From Cenococcum geophilum (Eukaryota): a stretch of DNA of 64,000 nucleotides. Location: positions 23,870,001-23,934,000 of the forward strand of contig CP158635.1 in the NCBI GenBank assembly GCA_050273025.1, in the 5' to 3' direction. A model generated the notes under the pieces. That model had not been told where the DNA came from, did not search any database, and worked only from the letters and a program-made list of their open reading frames with translations. A program made the translations under genes and the position numbers. Of the stretch, positions 25,622 through 38,180 are shown piece after piece. The first letter of the stretch is position 1; each line of letters starts with the position of its first letter.

Positions 25622-26159
25622 AATTCATGAGGACAGTAATAATTAGATGAGGATTATGAGTTGCAGAGCGATTTTCTTGTACAATTTTTATATAAAGGGT
25701 ATTGAATGTGTATGGTTATCACTGGGTGTACGACTAGGTTTCTCGACTCCTCAAGCATTGTAAGTTTGGCCAGTTGTTATGGCACAACTTCTAAACCCAA
25801 AGTTGCTCGACAAAGAGCTGTGCAAGCGGAGAAAATTGATACTTTTGCACGCTATATGTACATTACCTACAGCGTTCTCCCTCATCGAAAGCGTTGCAAA
25901 TACGTCGAACTGCTCATCTACCAAAGCCCTGCTATGTAGTCTCGTAGCCCATTAGATTCAGGAAATGCGTGCGGCGGCAAGGTAACACGGAAAATGGTCT
26001 AATCGTGCCATACCCTAACCAACCGCCGGTGCGTGGATCAAGAAAAGGCGGTGTAAGAGAAGTGAGGGCGTCCCTCCAGTGTTTTAGTAATACATGGAAG
26101 AGAAAATTTGTGAAGGTGAAGTACAGGTGGAGGGTGGAGGAATTAATTGTATTTTTGTT

Positions 26160-27348
26160 TTAGAAAGGTGGTGGAGGTGCATCGGCGGCGCCTGATCTCT
26201 CTTGCTGCTCCATGACCTCTTGGTCTGCAGCTTCTATTGATACAGCCAGTCCGAGCTTGGCTTGATTCTGGAGTGAGTGTTAGATATTTGCTCATTTATG
26301 AAAGACGATTTTTACCTTTGAATGGTCAATCTCTCCAGCGAATGTCACTTGCACGGGAGGAGCAACCCTCTTCTCTAGCAGACATCCTACTCGACCTTGG
26401 CTATCTAGTTGCGCCCTGAAAGAGGATTGCCTGAAGTCGTACTTGGCGCCGATAGTGGCGATACCTTCTTTTCTTAGAGGTCCGCCCATCGGACCACCAG
26501 CCAAGCCAAGCCCTGCAAATTGAAGGTTGACATCAACACCAGCCTCAACCTTTTCAGTCAATCTTCTCCAGTATGACGCCTGCACACCACCCTGGGCAAG
26601 CAAATTAGCGCTCGCGATCCAATTTGTCCCCTTATATCTAGCAGCATATGAGACAACCATCTCCGGGCCGTGGGTGACGGCAGCGCGATTCCAGACAGCC
26701 TCAAGACCGACAGCGAGCTGTGGTGTAACGGATTGCAAGTAGCTTCCCATGATCACACCAGTCAGCCCTCCGTCTAATATTGATGGATTGATCGCCTTCA
26801 AGCTTGCAGTGAAATCTGCGCCGTTGTAGTCATTTTCGAGAGAGAACATGGCGCCGGGACCTGGAGCGAGCTGTACGCTCGTTTTCGTAACGAGGGCAGA
26901 GTTCCATCGATAATTGAAGCGGCCGGAGAGTTGAAAGTCATTGTCAATACTTGCTTGTAAGAATACCTGGGATTATTAGTGTTTGCGCGAGATTGACCGA
27001 GGCTACATTTGCATGGCAAGCTGAACATACCTTTGGTGATCCATAGAGGGCTGCATAGGCATATGGCGGCAGACCCTGAGATCCCATTGAAAGCGCATGT
27101 GATATCTGGAATAGAGGAGCTACACTGAAGGCCTTTGTGAGATCTGCCCGGACGCCGGAAAATGTGAGGTTATTGAGGAAGACATCGCGCTGGACCTCTT
27201 TTGCAATATTCTCCACGCTGCCGGGATTTGACAGTCCCAATGCTTCCCTCCGCTCAGAAAACGCAGTATATACATCACGCAACCTCGATACAACGGCATT
27301 GTTGGTAAGAAGCTCAAGCGCCGCTTGGTCGTGCTTTTCGTGCTCCAT
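26160..27348 (-). CDS. TOM40: Mitochondrial outer membrane translocase pore Tom40 (exons 27348-27031, 26966-26316, 26267-26160)
   Basis: [79 protein letters not shown] and C-terminal PPPF. Confidence 0.95.
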
Positions 27349-27996
27349 GACGCAGGGTCCGAAGGGAGAGAAGGGAGAGGTAGAGAGGAGCCTCTAGGAG
27401 GTATGAGAAATCAACAGCGGCTAGATAGAGGGAGGAGGAGGATGCAGGGAGGAGAGCGATTCGGATAAATGCTGCGTCGATGGTCACTAACATGTCCATG
27501 CTCTAACATATTTTCTTCAGGGAGGAGCCAAGAACCTGCTGTGTCATCCGCCAAGCATTTTTTGCTTGCCGCGGGCCGATTGCGCAGCCGCTATCTCGTT
27601 GGCTTGCGAGACATTATCTTGCTGCATTTGCTTTTTCTCACTCTTTCGTAAAACAACTGCCAGCGGTGTAAAATCTTACAACCCTCAGCCAGCGTGACTA
27701 CTCTGTCGTTGACAGCACACCCTCCAATAAGCTCAGCTTTCAACCCCGGTGCGCCGTCGCGACTGCCTGCACCCCGGGTTTTGTGAATCTCAGCCTCAAC
27801 ATCATTCGCAGCCATCCTTGCATCGCTCCCGCTGCATGAGTTCGCAAGGACGACGTCACCTACAGTTCGGGGGAGACGTCTTCATCTGCACCTTCGGTGT
27901 CGAATAATTCCCGTGATATTATTGTAGAACATTTTGCTTTCCATTGGTCTATTGACACGACAGTCTGGGATAAAGTTGTAGGCAAGCAAGCCATTC

Positions 27997-29797
27997 ATGA
28001 TGGACACACTACTGTACGTGAATCTCCGGCAACTACTGTCTTGAAACTCAGAAAGCAGGCATACTCCTTAAGTATGGTATTCTATAATCTCCGTCTAACG
28101 ACATTCGGTCTCCAGAACCGCAGAAATCTATGCGAACTCGCCCAGGTTCCGGCGGAGGTCCAGCACCTTCGTCGACGCTATCCATGACTTACCGGAAAAA
28201 GAAGAGATGGCACCGGCGCAGTTGTACAGCACAGAATCTGGCCGACTATTTCACTCGGGCCGAATCGTCATCGCAACCGTTGGCCTGCCTGCAAGAGGAA
28301 AGACTCACATCTCCGTAGCAGTAGCACGATACCTTCGATGGCTAGGTGTCAAAACTCACGTATTCCACTTGGGTGACTACCGGAGAGCCACCCTAGGCCC
28401 GGGAAAAGATGTTCCAGATGACTACTTTTTCCTGAATGCCTCGCCCACGTCTGTGCTGCTCAGAAACAAGATTCTCAAGAAGTGCCGTGAGGATATTTAT
28501 CACTTCCTAGAACACGAAAATGGACAAGTCGCCATATACGATGCAGTGAACGCAATTTCCGCAGGGCGAAAGTCTTTAGCGAAGGAATTTGCAAAACACT
28601 CGATCCAAACGTTGTTCATTGAATCGCAGTGCACTGACGAAAGGATCATTCAGGAAAATGTGCGCAATGTCAAAATTTCTTCTCCAGACTACCAAGGTTG
28701 GGATCCAGAGGATGCTATCGCTGATTACTTGGCCCGTATAAATGCCAGGATACCTCATTTCGAGACTATGGAAGAACCAGACCTGCACTGGATCAAGATG
28801 ATCAATGCTGGAGAACGAGTTATTGTGAACAATTGCGCCTTCGGTTATTTGTCACAGCGAATTGTGTTCTATCTGCTCAATCTTCATATAAAGTCAAGAC
28901 AAACGTACTTTGCAAGAGCTGGAACCACGCGAGACGAGGATTCGTACAAGGCTGATGCTTCACTGTCTGCTGAAGGGTTGGACTACGCAAAGAAAATGAC
29001 TGACGCCCTGCTAAAGCATCGCGAGCTCGAGAGGCAGGCGGTGATAGATAACGGAGGTCCCGACAATGCTTTGAAGCCGCTTACTGTATGGACGTCAACA
29101 CGTCGTCGGACTTTAGAGACGGCGAAATATTTGGAGACCTTAGGCTACCGCGTCAGACAGAGGTCTCAGATGAGCCAGATGAACCCAGGCGTTTGCGAAA
29201 AAATGTCTGAGAGGAGGATACGCCTAGAATATCCTGAAGAAGTAGCAAAACACGAAGCCGATCCCTACCACCATAGATACCCGAGGGCGGAGGTAAGTAT
29301 TTTGACCCATTTATGTTACTTCGACTCACTCGCGATAGTCTTATCATGACCTCGCAGTTCGCATGGAACCTATCATTCTCGAGCTTGAGCGAGAGCAAAA
29401 TGACCTTCTAATAATTGCCCACGAAAGCGTTCTCCGAGTGCTTTACGGTTACTTGATGGCCTGTAACGCTGCTGACATTCCGAAGCTCGAATTTCCCCGC
29501 GATGAAATCATTGAGGTATTTTTCAGGCCCTTAGCGACATACCCAATTTTCGCTAAAAAGTCCTAGATTATCCCCTCTAGTTACAATAATGTGGCAAAAC
29601 GCATTCATATACCCGATCTCCCTGACAGAATCATCCCCGGCAGCCCCGAAGGACTCAAGATTCCGGTGCCACCAAGTGGCAACATAACACCTTTCACCGG
29701 ACTCGGCACACCGAGAGCCGGCTCTGGGACATCAACTCCTGCCGGAATACCCCAGCCACTTCAACTAAGGAGGACTCATATTGATCCTTCATCATAA
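27997..29797 (+). CDS. 6-phosphofructo-2-kinase/fructose-2,6-bisphosphatase-like protein (YLR345W-type); exons 27997-28013, 28116-29292, 29339-29515, 29567-29797
   Basis: P-loop VGLPARGKT, FHLGDYRR, AIYDAVN, NVKISSPDY, DPYHHRYPRAESYHDL..RMEPIILELER, IIAHESVLRVLYGYL. A short upstream exon splices in frame to SPRFRRRSSTFVDAIHDL. Confidence 0.9.
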
Positions 29798-30289
29798 CCT
29801 TGCTGATTTGATTGGCATCTAATTCTTGTATGTGATTTTAGGTGTTGGTGTGAGGCATGTGGTACTGGTTTTGTAGTCCAAGATTGGTGAATTGTAAATA
29901 AGCGTTACACGATAATATATTTAGGCGTTCTCAGCATTAAAATTGGGACTTTCAGAAGAAAACCATAGCCATCGTACAGGTAGTCCATTGAGGATGCAAT
30001 CCTGCCCTGGTACAAGAATCGTGCGAAACTTTGCATCAACGCAAAGCCTGAACACTCACTCAATGCAAGCCAATACCTTTTCTTTGCACTAATTAAACAA
30101 ATATTGTTTCTCCCAACCCTTCCCCCTTAGAAGCGCGCTTAAACAGCTCACGTGATCACGCATTCAGCTAAGTGTAGCACAGATAATGGTGTCGAGTGTC
30201 CTAGCCTTTCGGCATCATCCCCTTGTGGAACTTACAGTTAATACTACCTGAGTACCGCTATACCACCAGAACAAATTTTAAGCAGCAAG

Positions 30290-31100
30290 GCCCCGAGCTA
30301 AACGTCCCATTGCTTCAGTCGATGGCAATACCGCTACTCGCACCTCTAGCCCAGCGGCCACAATAGCTGCTGGAAGTACAGCACGGCTAATGACTGAATT
30401 AATTAAGGTCGATGGAGATGTAGAGAAGATGGAGGAGGCAGCGGAGACAGTAAAGATATACGTCATGGTGGCAGCAGAAGTGGGTATAGAAGATGCGAAG
30501 CAGGGTATGAATGGTACGGAGAAGGACGCTAAAAAGAGTGCTATGGAGAAAGTGAAGGACAAAAGGAAGAAAAGAGGAAGAGCACTGGAAAGAGCGGGAA
30601 GGACAAAAGGAGCACCGAAACAAGCATTGACCCGGGAGATCTTGATTATATTGCCTCGCCATGGCCCTTCTTCGACCGGACGGGCGAGTATGGAGCCGAT
30701 GAACTTAAAGAAACGGTCAAAACTGAGGGGAGAAGTGGGCTAAAAGGTCGGAAATTTTTCCGATAATGAGCCTGCGGCTTCGCACCCGAACTGGCCTTAG
30801 ACCATGATGTGCAAATTTATCTCCTAAGGGGTATATACTTCCAGTAGGGCATGAAGACGGACCAGGAAAGGTTCGGGATTTATATTACAACTCTAGGGGC
30901 TACAGGGTGCAGGACGTTATTGAGAACATGGTACGGCTACGTTTCCAGATGTCTACTATTCCTATTTGGCATAGTTGTAGATTTGTACCACTATCTAAGT
31001 GCGTCTATTGGCCGTCATTGATTCCTAGATAGGTTAGACATTGGACTTTCGAGAAGGGGGTTTAGAAGGAGCTTACTATTCCGAAGTTGCGCTGACGATT
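30290..31100 (+). pseudogene. Possible decayed gene of unknown function
   Basis: GC-balanced, protein-like segments (E/K-rich, then DLDYIASPWPFFDRTGEYG) in different frames, separated by stops, with no clear introns. Confidence 0.25.
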
Positions 31101-31924
31101 ATTTAGCAAGCCAGCTCGTTATGGCAGCTAGATTGATCCATAACTCCGTTTTGAACACTATCAGTCTGCTCTATGCCGCGTTCTACGCATGCGTCACCAA
31201 GACCTTTCTGATGCTAGGTTTCTGCATACTCGGCATACTCAATACTCTTGGGCGCGCTTCTGCCTGATGGACTGATTTGTACTATTTCACTTGAACTCTT
31301 CTTGTGATTCCATACCATCCCATGCTGGAAGGACACTCTTAATAATACTGAAGACGGCATAGGTGGCTCCTGGCCTGGCCTCGTTATCTATTGCGCAAAG
31401 AAGCATAGTCCGAGATCAAGGGCGTGCATGGTATTTAAGAAGACATTGACGACTATGCGGAAGATGATGCGGCAGGGAAAATGTGGAGGAACGGAGGTGC
31501 GGACCGGTCGGGGTGAAAAAGGAAGGTGAGAATGCAGGCCTCCTTGTTTTACTAGTTCGTTGGAAAATTTTGGATTCGTGAATATACCCTGACGATTACG
31601 CGGAGAGTAGAAGGAATTTGCTGCTAGCTATAAGACCGGAGAATTTGGGCGATGATGAGTATTACATCATGAAGATGTTAAAGGAGACGTAAAGGTATGC
31701 GTTTGACGAAAGGGACCTGTTGGGTGAAACCCGGTTTTGTCCGTTCTAATAGCTTTAATGTTTCATCCTGGGGGACATCCCAAACCCGTATTTTGTTACC
31801 AAGCGAATTGTTGAGTCAAAATTTTTGACAGCGCTAGGCACTCGTTGGAATAGGCTCTTCCATATGAAACTATGCGCTATCCCTTTCAAATGTGTACGAG
31901 CATTGGCAGTCAGGTTTGGTTCTC

Positions 31925-33543
31925 CTATTTTGGCTTTCCCTCATCGTCGAGAATATCCATATATTTCTCTAGGGTATTCACGAGTTCCTTTCTCTGTATT
32001 TTAATATTTTTTTCTTTTATTTCGATAATTTCTTGCCTTTTTTTCTTGGCCGAGACAACTCTCCGATGTCCACGACTTTTGATGTGTAGCTCCCAATTGC
32101 TCTCCGTAACAGCCACCATCCCGCACAATTCGCAAGTTCTTCTCGCCCACAGGTCTCTCCGCTGGCTCAAGTCATGCTCTCTCTTTGGTGTCAGCATTTC
32201 TTTCGCTGCTTCAGACAGGGTTGTGGGAGGCGGAAGTGTGTATCCCGCAAGGAATTGTTGGGTTACTTCAACTGCAGGTTGCAATACTCGACCATCCCAA
32301 TGAGTCAGATCCGTACCGTCAAACAAGAAAAGACTAGATATTTGTTCGGCACTAGCTAGTGCATGAAGTAGCTTGATGCGGATCCAGCGTACTTGCCGAT
32401 TCGCATACTGACGTGTCGCAGCTTGCGTACGCTCTATAGCTGCCAGCTTAAATATTTCAAGTTCGGCTTCAGGGGTAGTACCCTTAACAAGAGCGGTTTG
32501 GTAGGTGAGGAATTCTTTATATCCGATCGAGACCCAGATGCCACGTGTCTGGTCAATGATGGTTCCAGTAGAGGCCTGGTGAGATTCACGGAAAGCTGAG
32601 AGGTTGGCGACTTCAGATAAGAGACCGTTTTGGAGCATTTTTACGATCCGTGAATCGAGGCGAGCATGGAGAGCCTCCCGGGAGGCATGAACCCATAGTA
32701 GCAATGTTGGAAATCTCATCCCTGGTCCTGGCACGGCATCTTCTGAAGCCATGCCGGCATCCAGATTTGAAGCCGCCTGCCGTTTCAAGCGCTGCTCCTC
32801 GTATATTTGAGATGCCCGATTTCCGGTTCTCAACCATATTTCGAGGGAATGCTGAATCTTGCGGCGGTCGTTTGGATGCCAGCGATCTGCCATTACCGGG
32901 TCCACTTCCCTAAGTTTTGTGAGGATTACTTCGGTGGGTTCGTCCAAAATGGGAAACCACTTTGTCACTGTGGCACTATTAAGCTCCTCCTTCGTCTCTG
33001 ATGCAAATGGTGCGTTGGCTAGGGCATCTTGGAAAAGCAAGGACTGCATATAGTAATGAGTACCTCCGACCAAGATTGGTAGCTTCCCTCTTTGGCGTAT
33101 TTCTTCAATCTAAACAGAGCATCCTCCCTTAGTCTACCTATTTTTACGAGGCTAAGAGATTCTACACACCGCAATTAATGCCTTCTCCACAAATTTCCCC
33201 ACTGTCCAGGTCTCTTCTTCAAGACCTATACAACCCAAGAGATGGTGCGGGATACCCTTCCTCTCATTTTCTAGCATCTTATTTGTAATAATTGGGAGAC
33301 CATGGTAGAGTTGCATGGCATCACCATTAATTATCTCGCCATTAAAGTGGCTAGCTATTTCTACAGCAAGCTGTCTATGGTGATCAGTCCTTGTATGTTT
33401 GAACTTTAAGACTTGAGTTAAGTGAGGATTAAACTTGCCTCTGATTTCCCTGTTCCGGTAGCGCCTATGATGGCAACTAAAGGCTTCTGTGGCGCTCGAG
33501 GCATCCTGGTAAAGGCAGAAAAATACTTTGTGGAGCGCAACAT
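31925..33543 (-). CDS. MOD5: tRNA dimethylallyltransferase (tRNA-IPT); exons 33543-33439, 33370-33170, 33109-31925
   Basis: [11 protein letters not shown]-loop, [61 protein letters not shown], and a C-terminal CELC...HIKSRGH zinc finger. Confidence 0.95.
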
Positions 33544-33777
33544 CCATCCAAAAACCTTCAAAATTATTTGACTAAATCTGAATCTCAGCAGAACAACTAC
33601 CGGGAGCGGTGGCAGAAATTCCACTCCGCCTTCCGTTCCCATCCTAGCGCTCTATTTTCTGCCCCGCTCCCCTGCTGCGCCCTTTAAAAATGATGGCTCA
33701 TACTACATCTTAACGCTCCCCACCTGCAAAATGTAACAGTACTCCCTCTCACCACTCCGGTGAGCCTAAGAACCATA

Positions 33778-34644
33778 ATGGCAGATCAGGATACCACCAA
33801 TAGCGAGATTGCATCCTCCATTGCTGTCACCAATCTGAATTACGCATTCCCGGACGGCTCCTCAGGACTGAAAGAGGTGTTCCTGAACCTGCCTCCAGGG
33901 AGCCGCACATTGCTAATAGGGGGTGAGTCATCCATGGCTTCAATTGGTGGTGTCTTTTCTATAGCCTGACTTACCACAGCGAATGGCGCTGGTAAAACAA
34001 CCCTCCTGCGTCTTCTCTCTGGGAAGCGAATGGCGCCCTCCGGGTCCGTCTCTATCTCTGGCATCGACCCCTTCAAGGATGGTCTCGAAGGCGTCACGTA
34101 CCTTGGGCTCGAATGGGTACTAAATCCAATCGTCCGTACCGACATCGATGTGCCCACGCTCCTCGCTTCCGTTGGAGGGGATTATTACTCGGACCGCCGT
34201 GATGAGCTTGTACGGATTCTCGACATCGACTTAAGCTGGCGCATGCACGCCATCTCGGATGGGGAAAGGCGGAGAGTACAGTTGGCTATGGGACTACTAA
34301 GGCCATGGACAGTGCTATTGTTGGACGAGATCACGGTTGATCTCGACTTATTGTCGCGGAGCAGCTTTCTTACGTTCCTGAAGCGCGAAACCACGAGTCG
34401 GCCCTGCACAGTTGTATATGCTACGCATATTCTTGACAACCTCGCGGAATGGCCGACACATCTCATCCATATGGCGCTCGGCAAGGTTAAGAAGTGGGGC
34501 AGCATGGAGGAGCTGGATGTGAAGGCAGAGTCAGGAATCAGGACTGGTAACAGCCAACTGGGAGACCTAGTGCTGAGGTGGCTGCAAGAAGACTTGGATG
34601 AGAGAGGCCTGAGAAATGGCAAGAAAAGTGAAGGAAAGTCATGA
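33778..34644 (+). CDS. CAF16: Soluble ABC ATPase, CCR4-NOT-associated Caf16-like (exons 33778-33922, 33980-34644)
   Basis: GSRTLLIG|ANGAGKTTLLRLLSGKR Walker A across the intron, WRMHAISDGERRRVQL signature, LLLDEITVDLD Walker B, YATHILD. Confidence 0.88.
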
Positions 34645-35439
34645 AAGTTTAGAGGGTATGGGAATGAGAAGTCGAATGACTCTAAAGAAGTGATTTTGGT
34701 GGTATATGGATTATCTGTTTGACTAAATCGGATTTGTTGATAAGCCTGCTTCAACATGACAGGCCCGGAGGCGTTGCAGAGGAGACGGTGTCACGAACAT
34801 TAGATACTCAACGGACATCTAGGTTTCTATTACTAGGATCAACATATAAGATATCAGCACTACCATTTACTCTCGGATGTATTACAGCGAACCCCATTTT
34901 CAAGCTGGTGAGAAAATTGAGGCTTCGACACCCTTGGCCTTCATACCTGCTGAAAGTGACTCAAGTGCATGCTACCAATTTCTTGACCTAGTCTGGCAAC
35001 AATGCCGGAAATTTGGTCTGGAATGTGGGATCGAAACGACCACGTACTCTCATATGGACTTAAATATCATATATATCTTACCTAACCATCAGACAGCGCA
35101 CTCTCCTTAGTAACTCAGAAATTTGTGCTTCAGATAGACAGAAGTGAGCAAGGTATAAACATCCATTTACTTTTCTAGCCTATTTTTGTATTAACCCAAC
35201 AAAACTGTTCTAGAGCAAAACACGAGATGATAGCCTAAATTTCGCCCTAAAACAAGCGACGCCTTCCTTCAGTACCGAGATTAAATTAGTGCATGCCTAC
35301 TAAACTCCTCTTTTAAGAACCGGCTTGAAGGGAGCCCAGCCGCTCTGTTCTGCTCTGGCCCTTGTTTGCTAATTTCCTTACCTAAATTCCCAGTTCGGTC
35401 CCGTATTTGCTGCGGCTTGGTTATACATGCCATTGGCCG

Positions 35440-35898
35440 TCAAGCCGTGAGTATTCCCGTTAAGAGGCGGCCATCGTTGACATTCGGGTCAGGATCCTGA
35501 AACTTTTCCTGGGGATGGGCATCGAATCTCCCGATTTTACGTTCCCAAACTGAGTAGGCATGGAGCGGGAGACGAACCTCCAGATTCTGAATTGCCCTGC
35601 GTACAAAACGTTGTTGCGCATATCTAGCTCTCCTCATTGCTCTTGTCACACGCCTCTCAGGAGGCGGAGTAAGCAGCTTGTCGAACCATTTTCGGCTAGA
35701 GAAAACCCATCGGTTTTGGCGCATAACGACATAGGCGTGTCCAGCTAGAAAGTTGTTGATCAGGAGAAAGCCCGGAGGTTCGTTTCACCTCCTAGTTGCT
35801 CCTGGCGGTAAAAATCTAGGATTGGTTCTTCATGTAGCACTATGTAGCCCATGATCTCCCTGTGTAGCTCTCCAAGGAGGGGAGGAATCTGTGCCATG
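35440..35898 (-). pseudogene. Small frameshifted gene of unknown function
   Basis: MAQIPPLLGELHREIMGYIV... ends at a TGA near 35760 while FLLINNFLAGHAYVVMRQNRWVFSS...IQNLEVRL continues in another frame, with no intron evident. Confidence 0.35.
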
Positions 35899-37069
35899 TT
35901 TAGGTTCCAACTTAGAGAGGAACCCGTTGTAGTTTGTGGAAGAAAAGACCCAAGGTAAAATTTAAGAGAGTTTCTCATAGATAAACCATAGGGAGATGAG
36001 AGGGGTTATTGGTTGGCTAGTAGAGATAATGCGTTACACAATGAATTTTGGTAATAGGACTCCGTAGAGAAGTAGATACATTGAAGAATGCTGGTAGACT
36101 CTAAGAGAAGAAGGGAAACCCTAATTCAGATGCATAAAGTAAGGTGTTTATGTGAGTTTTTCTCAGTCGAAAATATGGAAGTTGAAGTGCATCGTGATTA
36201 GAACCTCGTCGAATGGTAGAGAGCGCGGATGACGTGCAGTGGTGTTAGCTCTTCTAATCATCTCGAATAAGGGAATTTTGTAATAACAAACGGGATCGTT
36301 AGTAAGAAAATGACACAAAGAGAAGGGAAAAAAACCCAGCCCAAATACCTAGTCTTTGACCGGTATGAAGGAGAATTTGGGTGCTAGCGAGACCGTAAAA
36401 TAAAACCGTAAAATGAGGAGAGCAAAGAGTGTGCATGTCGCTTCTAGAATCAGCAGGCCCAGGAATCGGAATTTTTCGTCAAAAATTCCAGGCTGCCACT
36501 GCACGAGAACATTAGGCTCCAGCCATTATGGGTGAAACATTGTAAGACATGTGGCGCGGTCATGAAGAGCCTCATTGGCAAACACCCTTCGAATGCCTCA
36601 CTGTGTAATGGAGGAATTTAAATCTTCGAATGCCATGTTGTATCGTAGATCGGGTGACACACGTAGCTTAGTTCCTGTGGGCGTGCACGTGCATTAGCAA
36701 AGCACGGCCTACCACCTCAGCCTTATACAGAATAGTACCTTGCAGGCTTCAACAATACAGTCGTGCCTGTCTGCCCATTTCCCTACGATTTTGAGGAAAT
36801 GTCGACCGGTTCGCCTCACCAGACCGCCTACTCAGCTTGGGCGCAGCGGTCCAGATTCGGCTTTCATCTAAGCTGGACCCTGAGGACAGCATGCTCACGA
36901 CTGTGTCGCGCGACGTGACCTGATGGCGGCATCTGTTTACGCCGCGTGGGTAGCCTCTAAGACAGCCACCTCAGTTGCCTGGCCCTGATGCCAGATTTCA
37001 AAGCCGCATAAAGCCCTCGCGAGCTCGTTCTCGCGCCTGAGCATGCTCATTCCATGCGACGAAGTCACC

Positions 37070-38180
37070 ATGGCGAAAGATCCAGTCCCGCTCAAATCAC
37101 TGCCCGCCGAAATCAACATCGCATCTAGGTATTCCATGCTCTTTCCATAAAACTCGCACTGCTCTACAATCAAGGACTCATAAGCTAACTGGGCGTTATC
37201 ACAGATCTCTCCATACCCAACTGAACCGCCTAATAACGAGTCGCCTCCCGCTCGGGCTCCCTCCACACGCCTCTTCACCAACGCTCTACACAACCGGCCT
37301 CCTCCACTTCGCCCACATCTACCTGACCTTCGAGTCGCTATGGCAGGACCTGCTCCCGTCACCCTCCCACACCACCTCGCCATCCTCCCCACTTCTCTCT
37401 TTCCTCCTCGTCGACCCATGGGACGCCGACGCCGACAACACCAGCCCACCAACCTCCCCGCAAATGCTAGAATTCTTGAGGAACCTAAGGCTAAAGGGCC
37501 TGAGTAGGTCAGGCAGGCTGAGGCGGGATCTGAAAACATTGACCGGGCTCAGCGAGACCGATTTGTCCGTCCAGCTATCCCAGTTCCCGGGCGCCAAGGT
37601 GCAGGAGTACTGCGCGCACATCCGCAAAGCGGTGGCGCAGAAGCCGCATGTGCTTGTTGCGTACGCGTGGTGCTACTACATGGCTGTGTTCTCGGGCGGG
37701 CGGTGGATCAGGAGCGAGCTGATGAAGGCTGGGGAGGGGTTTTGGCGGGGTGGGGAGAAGAGGGCGGGGAGTAGTGTGTCGTTGGGAGAGGCTGGCCTCT
37801 CGTTCTTCTCTTTCCCTGGGACTGAGGATGGAGAGGATATTAAGGCGGAGTTTAAAGAGCGACTGGCTGCTGCCGAAGACCTCTTCACGGCCCGGGAACG
37901 GGAGGAGGTTGTTGCAGAGGCTTCGGAGATATTCAAGTACAGCGCTAACTTGGTGCGTGAATTGGACGAGCTGCTGGCAACGTCCCAGGAGAAGCTAGCG
38001 GCTGTTGAAGCTGCGGTGAAAGATAAAGAGAAGGCCGAAGAGGTAGAGCGGGCGATGGTGCGTGTGCAACGTCGACCACGGGCTTGGCTACGCAGACCTG
38101 AGGTCACAGGCATGGTGGTCGCGTTGAGTTGCGTTGCTTGGTTTGCTGTCTATCACATGGGCACGATCATCGTGCCATGA
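37070..38180 (+). CDS. Heme oxygenase-like protein with C-terminal membrane anchor (exons 37070-37128, 37206-38180)
   Basis: SLPAEINIAS|RSLHTQLNRLI (proximal His), HFAHIYLTFESLW, RSGRLRRDL, KPHVLVAYAWCYYMAVFSGGRWIR, IKAEFK...EASEIF, hydrophobic tail. Confidence 0.85.

Noticed and set aside
34185..34757. 190-aa minus-strand ORF
   Set aside because: Antisense shadow of the CAF16-like coding sequence.
36937..38113. Long minus-strand ORFs (36937-37539, 37676-38113)
   Set aside because: Antisense shadows of the GC-rich heme oxygenase-like exon.
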